Below, piece after piece: positions 57,301-64,000 of a stretch of DNA of 64,000 nucleotides. Position numbers and translations under genes: made by a program. Numbering within the stretch: position 1 is the stretch's first letter; every line of letters begins with the position of its first letter. Location of the stretch: NCBI GenBank assembly GCA_965240325.2, contig OZ251247.1, positions 1,054,001-1,118,000 on the forward strand. Direction: 5' to 3'. Origin of the DNA: Rebecca billardiae RCC1528 (Eukaryota; Protista; Haptophyta). The notes beneath the pieces are model-generated. The model saw nothing but the letters and a program-made list of their open reading frames with translations, was not told the origin of the DNA and searched no databases.

Positions 57301-57827
57301 GCCGAGCCGCGCACTGTGTGCTCGGAGCGCGCGGTGCAGACGGTGTCGCGCGACGCGGCGCGGCCGAGCTCCGAGCGGACCGACGCGCCGGCCGAGATTG
57401 CAATCTCGGCGGCGGAGCCCGCGGCGGAGGCGGCGCTGCCCGCGCGCCGCGGCGGCGCCGCCCACGCCTCGCACGCGCACGCGTGCGGCGGTGCCACCTG
57501 CTCCGGCCCGCCAGCGCCGCCGGACGCCGCCGCGCCGCCCGGCGGCGCAGGCCCGCGTCGGCTGGACGACGAGTGCGCCGCGCACGCGGCCGAGATTGCA
57601 ATCTCGGCGGCGGTGTGCGCCCCGGCCGGTGAATCTGGCATGGAGCGCGCGGCGGCGGCAGCGGCGGCGGCAGCGGCGGCGGCGCCGGCGGCGCCACTGC
57701 CGTGGCCGCAGTGCGCGGGGAGCGAGGCGCACGACGTAACGGTCGTAACGGTCTCGCGCGAGGCGGCGCGGAGCAGCTCGGACGAGGCGGAGCGGCAGAG
57801 CGGGTAGCCGCTGCCGCCACAGCCGCT

Positions 57828-57871
<44 letters not shown>

Positions 57872-58809
57872 GCAGCGCCGCGCAGCTTCCGCCGCAGCTG
57901 CCGCCGGCGCCGGCGCAGAGTGCCGCGCCGGACCAGCCGGCGCCGACGAGCCCAGCCAGCCCGCTGCCGAAGCACTCGCCGCCGCCGCCGCCGCCGCCGA
58001 GATTGCAATCTCGCCCGCCCGCCGCCATCGTGCCCGCCGACGAAACCGACGCGGCGCGCTCGAGCTGCGCGCCCAGCGCCTGCGAGTACTGCGAGTAATG
58101 TGAGTAATGTGAGTAGTGCGAGTAGTGCGACGCGGACTGCTGCGAGTGCGAGTGGAAGGAGGACGACGGGTACGACTGCGAGTGCGCCGACGCGGCGCGC
58201 GAGAGCCCGGACGCGAGCGAGGCCGCGCTCTTCGCCGAGATGCAATCTCCCGGGGTCGAGATGCAATCTGCCGGCGTCGGGGTGCACTCTCGGCGCGCGC
58301 CAACCGCCGCCGACGGCGGCGCGGACTGCCGCCCGGCGCGGCCGGCGCCACCCTCGCCACCCCCACCGCCGCCACCGCCGCCGAGATTGCAATCTCCCGA
58401 GGCAGCGGCGGGCCGCGGCGGCGCGCCGTCGCCGCCGCCGCCGAGATTGCAATCTCCAGGGCCCATCGATCTGGAGCGCGCGCGCGGGCGGCCCGCGCCG
58501 GCACCGCCGCCGCCCGCCGCCACCGCCGCCGGGTGCTGCGGCGGCGGCGTCCGGCCACCGCTGCCGCCGCTGCCCGGCGTCTGCGCCGGCGGCGAGCGCC
58601 GGCCGCTGTCGCCGCGGCTGCCGCCGCCGAGATTGCAATCTCCCGTCGCGGCAGTGGAGACGGAGGCGGCGCGGTCGAGCTGCGACCAGAGCGCGTCGGT
58701 GGCCGTGGCGGAGGAGCTGCCCGTCGACGGCGGCGCGGAGAGCCGGCTGCCGCGCTCGCTCCCGCTCTCGCCGCTCCCGCCACCGCCGTCGGCGCCGCCG
58801 CCATCGCCC

Positions 58810-58849
<40 letters not shown>

Positions 58850-60242
58850 TCGCGCGCCGCCGCGCGAGCGCGAGTCTCGTCGGCGAGTCGGACGAGGCGC
58901 GCGTGGGCGCGCGCGGCCGCGCGAGGAGCTCGCGCGCGCGCTCGTCCGACGTGATCCGCGGCGCCCAGCCGCCGTCCACGCCCGCGCCGAGGTTGCCCCC
59001 GATGCTCCCGCTGGCGCCGGCGGCGGCGAGCGCGGCGGCGCGGCTGCTGGCGCCGAGCGCGGCGGCGCGGCGCGCGGCCGCCGCCTCGGCCGCGGCCGCG
59101 GCCGCGGTCGCGGGCGGGACGGGCAGGCGCGCGGCGGCGGCGGCGGCGGCGGAGACGGGCGGCGCGACACGCGGGCGCGGCGCGCGCGGCGCCACCGCCG
59201 GCGCGTGCCGCTGCGCGCGCTGCCGCAGCGCGAGCGCGCCGCCGCCCGCGGCGGCGCGCAGCGCGGCCGCGGCCGCGTCGCCGCCGCCGCCGCCGCCGTC
59301 GTCGGCGTCAGCGGGCGGCGCGGCGGCGCGCGGCGCGAGGTGGCGCGCGCGCCAGCGCGACCAGCCGTCCAGCGCGGCCGCCGTCTCGCCAGCGCGCGCC
59401 GCCGCGTGCGCGGCGCACAGCGGCGCGGCGGCGAGCGCGGCCGCGGCCGCGGCCGCGCACAGCGCAGCCGCGGCCGGCGACGCGGCCGCGGCGCGCGGCG
59501 CCCACGCGCGCGCACAGGCAAGGAGCCAGTGGCTCGCGCAAAGCGCGCACGCGGCGGCGGGCGCGAGCACGCACGCGTGCTGCGCCAGCCGCGGGCGCAG
59601 CGCCGCCGCCGCGCCCTCCGCTCCGGCGCCAAGCGCGGCGCCGGCGGCGCGGCGCAGCGCGCGGCGGCGCGCGCCGAGCGCGCGCGCCGGCGCCGCCACG
59701 CAGTGCTCGGCGGCGAGGGCGCGGCGCGCGCGCGCCCACCACGCGGCGGGCGTGTCGCCGCCGCCGCCGCCCTTCGCGCCGGGTGGCGCGTGCGGCAGCG
59801 CGCGCGCGCGCGCGCCGCGCGCGGCGCGCGCGCGCGCCGCGCGCTGCACGGCCGCCGCCGCGGCGGCCGCCGCCTCCGGGTCAGGCGCGGCGCGCGGCGG
59901 CGCGGCGCGCGCGCGCGCGGCGGCGCGGCGCGCGTCGGCGCGCGCGTGGAGCGTGTCGAGCGCCGCGCACGCGCCGAGCACGCCGAGCAGCAGCGCCAGC
60001 GCGCCCGCCGCCGTCGCGGCGGCCGCGGCCGCGCCGCCGCCGCCGCCGCCGCCGCCGCCCGGCGGCGCGGGCGCGGCGCCGAGCGCGCGGCGAGGGGCGG
60101 GCGCGGGGCCGCGCGGCGCGGCGGCGGCGCACGCCACGAGCGCGCCGAGCCCGAGCAGCAGCGCGGCGCGCGCGTTCCGCCAGCGCGCGCGCGGCGCGCG
60201 CTGCGTCCACGTAGGGTGCCAACGCCCCCGGGGCCGGGCCAT
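54357..60242 (-). CDS. Large low-complexity (Ala/Gly/Ser-rich) membrane protein of unknown function
   Basis: Exon 60242-55278 (about 1650 codons, open), exon from 55041 with further TM-like segments, and a last exon from about 54494 (stop at 54470 or 54357, phase unresolved). Many in-frame palindromes read RDCNLG or AEIAISA. Confidence 0.6.
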
Positions 60243-60775
60243 GGCGGCGGCTGGGATGGCGGGCGCAACAGATGCGCCCAGCCCGGGCGCAAGCCTCGCC
60301 CGCGCGGGCGCCCCGGCCGAGTAGCACGCCCGCGGCTCAGCTGTTATCACGCATTTTCGTATTCAATGACCGGGCTGACATGGGTGACATCTGGCAATCA
60401 AATGAGTTCCAATGATGGATGCTCGAAGCATGACAAGCCTGACGGTGCTACCCGCATATCACAAGCACAACCGCGCGTATTGTCATAGTGATAGTTGCTG
60501 TCTTCATGATGCTCGCTTTGTTTATCCTTTTTTTCGAAGCAGAAGGGAAAAGGAAACTACGCATCGGAACGAGCACGCCTCAACTGCTGATCGAGAATCG
60601 GAGAATGTCGTCGTAGACTTTTTTTAAAATAGACGACGCGGCCCCGTCACGATGCACGATGGCGGCGGCCAATAAACGGCCGTCGACGGCACGGCGTCAC
60701 ACGGCCTACGCCAGCGAGCGAGCGCGGCGTCGCGGCGCCGCCGGCGCCGGGCGAGCGCGCGCGCTAACAACGGCG

Positions 60776-61751
60776 TCACACCGCCCCGGCGCCGCCCAAC
60801 GCCGCCGCCGCCGCCAGCGCCGCGCCAGGCGGCGGCGGCGGCGCGCAGCCGGCGCCGCCGCGCGCCGGCGCGGCGGGCTGCGGCAGCGGCGCGCGCGCGG
60901 CGGCCGACGCGTCCGGCGGCGGCGGCGGCGCGGCGGGCGGCGGCGCGTCGGCGGCGTGCGCGCGCGTTCCCGCCTCCTCCTCCTCCTCCTCGTCGTCCGC
61001 CCCGGCCGTCGCGGGGACAAGCTTCAGCACCGCCTCCGCGAGCGCGTGGCACAGCGGGCAGCGCAGCGGCGTGCCGGCACTGTCCCACCCCGCGGCCGCG
61101 CCGCGCCGCGCCGCGCGCGCGCACGGCGCGCACGCGCACAGGTGGCCGCACGGCGCAAAGACGCGGTCGGGCGGCGCGGCGCGGCAGACAGAGCAGGCGC
61201 GCGCGCCGCCCGCGCCCAGCGCCGCCTCGGCCGCCGCCGCGCGCGCCTCCGCCGCGCCGCGCGCGGCACGCTCGTCTGCGCGCGCGCAGCGGAGGGCGCG
61301 CCCGGCCGTCAGAGGGCGCGCGCGCGCGCGCGCGCGCGCGCGGGTCGCCCAGATTGCAATCTCGGCGCTCAGATTGCAATCTCGGCGCGCAGATTGCAAT
61401 CTGGGCGCGCAGATTGCAATCTCGGCGCGCACTCTTGAGGATGAGCTGCAGCGCGCGCAGCCGGCCGTCGAGCGCCGTGGCGTGCTGCGCGGCCTCCGCC
61501 GCGGCCCTCGCCGCCGCGACCGCCTCCGCCTCCGCGCCGCGCACGCGCGCGCGCTCCGCAGTCAGTATCTCTTGCGCCGCCGTCAGCCGGCGTGTGGCGG
61601 CCGCGAGCTGCGCCGCCGGCACCATCGCGGCGCCGCCGGCATGCGGATTCGCGCCGTCGGGGTCGGGGTCGGCCGTACCCGCCGCGGGCGGAACCGCCGC
61701 CGGCGGCGCCGCCGCGGCCGTCACCGCCGCCGCGGCCGTCGGCTCGGCGCC

Positions 61752-61790
<39 letters not shown>

Positions 61791-64000
61791 AGCGGCGGCG
61801 GCGGCGGTGCTAGCTACCGGCGGCGGCGCCGCCGCCGCGGGGTCCGGCGGAAAGTCCGGTGCGGCAGAGTCCGGTGCGACGGGGTCCGGTGCGATGGAGT
61901 CCGGTGCGGTGCCGCCGCCGCCGCCGTCGGCGGCGGGCGCGGCGGCCTCAGCCGCGCCGCCGCCGTCGCCGCCACCGCCGCCATCGCCGTCGCCGCCGAG
62001 ATTGCGATCTCGTGCGAGATTGCGATCTCGCGCGCCGCCGAGCGCAACCCAAGGGTCGGCGGGACTCGTCCGAGATTGCAATCTCGGCGGCGGCCGCGCC
62101 GCCGCCGCCGTCGCTGGCGCGGGCTGCGGCGGCGACGAGGGCGGCGGCGCAGGCGCGCCTCCGCCTCCGCGCCTGCCCACGCCGCCGCCGGCACCGGCGG
62201 CGGCGGCACGGCCGCGCCCGCCGCTGCCGCCGCTGCGCCGCGCGCCGCGCCCGCGCGCCGGGCGCGCCGCCGCGCCCGCGCCGCCGCCGCGCGCCGCGCC
62301 GCCGCCGGCCACGCCGCCGTCCGCGCTCGCCGCGGTCACCGAGATTGCAATCTCGGCCGCGGCGCCGTCGGCGGGGATCGGCGGCGCGCTCGCCGCCGCG
62401 CTCGCCGCCGCCTCCGTCTCCGCCAGCTGTGCCCAGGCCGCCGCGTCCACGGCGGCGCCGCGCGCGCGCAGCGCGCGCCGCGCCGCCGCCGCCGCCTCCG
62501 CCGCCTCCGCGCCGCCGCCGCCGCCGCCGGCGGCCACCACCGGCGGCGCGAGCAGCGCGCGCGCGTCGATCAGGATATTAATCACCGCCGGCGTGCCGTG
62601 CGCCGCCGCAAACCCGAGCGGAAGCACGCCCTCGCGGCCCGGCGCGTTCACGTCCGCGCCCGCCTGCGCGCGCAGCGCACGCGCGCGCGCGCGCGGCGGC
62701 GGCGCGGCGGCGCGCGGTGGGCCGGGCGCGTGAGCGCTGGCCGCGCGCGCGAGATTGCAATCTCGCGCGGGGGCGCGCGCGCGAGATTGCACTCTCGCGC
62801 GGGCGTACGTTGAGCAGCAGGCCGACCATCTCCTCCGCCGCGCCGGCGTACGGCCAGCGGCACGCGACGTGCAGCGGCGCGTCGCCCATGTCGTTACATG
62901 CCGTTACGTCCGCGGCCGCAATAAGTAACGCTTCGACAAGTCCGGGAGAGCCCTGCCGGCAGGACTCGTGCAGCGGGCGCTCGGCCGCGGCGTCGGCGAG
63001 GGACGGGTCGGCGCCGCGCGCGAGGAGGAGGAGGGCGCACGCCTGCCGCACGGTTAGGGGGTAGGGTTAGGGGGTAGGGTTAGGGGTAGGGTTAGGGGTA
63101 GGGTTGGCGCGCCCGCGGGCGGGCGCGGCGCCGGCCGCGCGGGGCGGCGGGCGTCCAGCGAGATTGCAATCTCGCCCAGCTCGGCGAGATTGCAATCTCG
63201 GCCGCGTGCAGCGCGCGCACCTCCTCGTCCCAGCGGCACGCGGCGTGCAGCGCCGTGCGCCCGCGCCCGTCCCGCGCGTTCGGGTCCGCGCGCGCGTCGA
63301 GCAGCGCGGCGACGCACTCCGCGGCGGCGGCGCTCAGCGCAGCGTGCCGGGCGCGCGCGGCGCCCGCGCCGCCGCCGCCGCCGCCGCCGTTTCCGCCTCC
63401 GCCTCCACCGCTGCCGGCGGGGTCGGCGGGGTCGGCGGCGGGGTCCGCGCGCGCGCACTCGTCCGCGTCGTCCGCCGCACCGCCGTGCCGCGCGTCGCGC
63501 GAGCACGCGTGGTGCAGCGCCGTTCCGCCCACAGCCAGTCCCAGGCTCGTGCGCCGCGCGCCCGCGTCCGCGCCGCCGGCTAATAAAATTCGGACCGCCG
63601 CCGCGTCGGCCATGGCTGCCGCGAGGTGGAGCTCGGAGTGGCCGGCGGCGCGCGGGTCTGGGGCGTTGGGGTCGGCGTGGTGCTGGCGTGGGCGGGCGCG
63701 CGCGCGGCGGAGGGGACAGCGTGTGTGTGTGTGTGCGGAGGGTTAGGGTTAGGGTTAGCGCAGGGCCGAGATTGCAATCTCGCGCGGCGCCGGCGCGGGC
63801 CGCACCTGCAGCAGCAGCGCCATTCGGTCGGCGTGGCCGCGCGCAAAGTGTAACGGCCGCACGCCCGCGGCGTCGGCGCCCGCGGCGTCCGCGCCCGCCT
63901 GCGCGCGCGCGCGCGGGCCGGCGGCGGCGGTCGGCGCGCGGCGCGCGGCCGCGCGCACGCGGCGGCGGCGCGGCCGGCGCGCGCGGCCGGCGCGCATGCG
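60776..64000 (-). CDS. Ankyrin-repeat + coiled-coil + C-terminal RING (C3HC4) E3 ubiquitin ligase-like protein; 5' end off the window
   Basis: Exons 63898-63806, 63682-63221, 63042-62809, 62663-61433, 61275-60776. Ankyrin motifs (ADPNARDGRGRTALHAAC, GDAPLHVAC); RING CSVC...FAPCGHLCACAPCA...CPLC. Confidence 0.87.

Noticed and set aside
63053-63104. Chromosome end (telomere)
   Set aside because: Short degenerate tract inside an intron with exons on both sides.

Overview
This is a very GC-rich eukaryotic window with spliceosomal GT/GC-AG introns and TTAGGG-like intronic repeats. Composition and gene style suggest a haptophyte alga such as Pavlovales (inference only). Intron-containing genes include a TPR + GT41 O-GlcNAc transferase, a DHHC palmitoyltransferase, TOM7, an ankyrin-RING E3 ligase, a large low-complexity membrane protein and a multi-TM protein with a HET/TIR-like domain. 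An alanine aminotransferase and a secreted SAM methyltransferase are intronless. From 12.7 to 48.5 kb lies an array of 13 intronless F-box-like + RCC1-propeller paralogs (11 intact, 2 disrupted). They have a conserved framework but hypervariable loop residues, show mosaic exchange between copies, and two sub-clusters converge on the TM-HET/TIR-like gene. This is a candidate ubiquitin-based, immune-like diversified receptor locus. A second signal is the stop-free palindrome GAGATTGCAATCTC (about 34 exact cores). It occurs in-frame in exons and just downstream of intron donors, and is absent from the array and from transposons. Mobile DNA comprises a long-TIR element with a 7-bp TSD, a split-direct-repeat element in (TA)n, a Helitron2-like tandem pair and a probable transposase fragment. 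Exon boundaries and counts were derived by hand.
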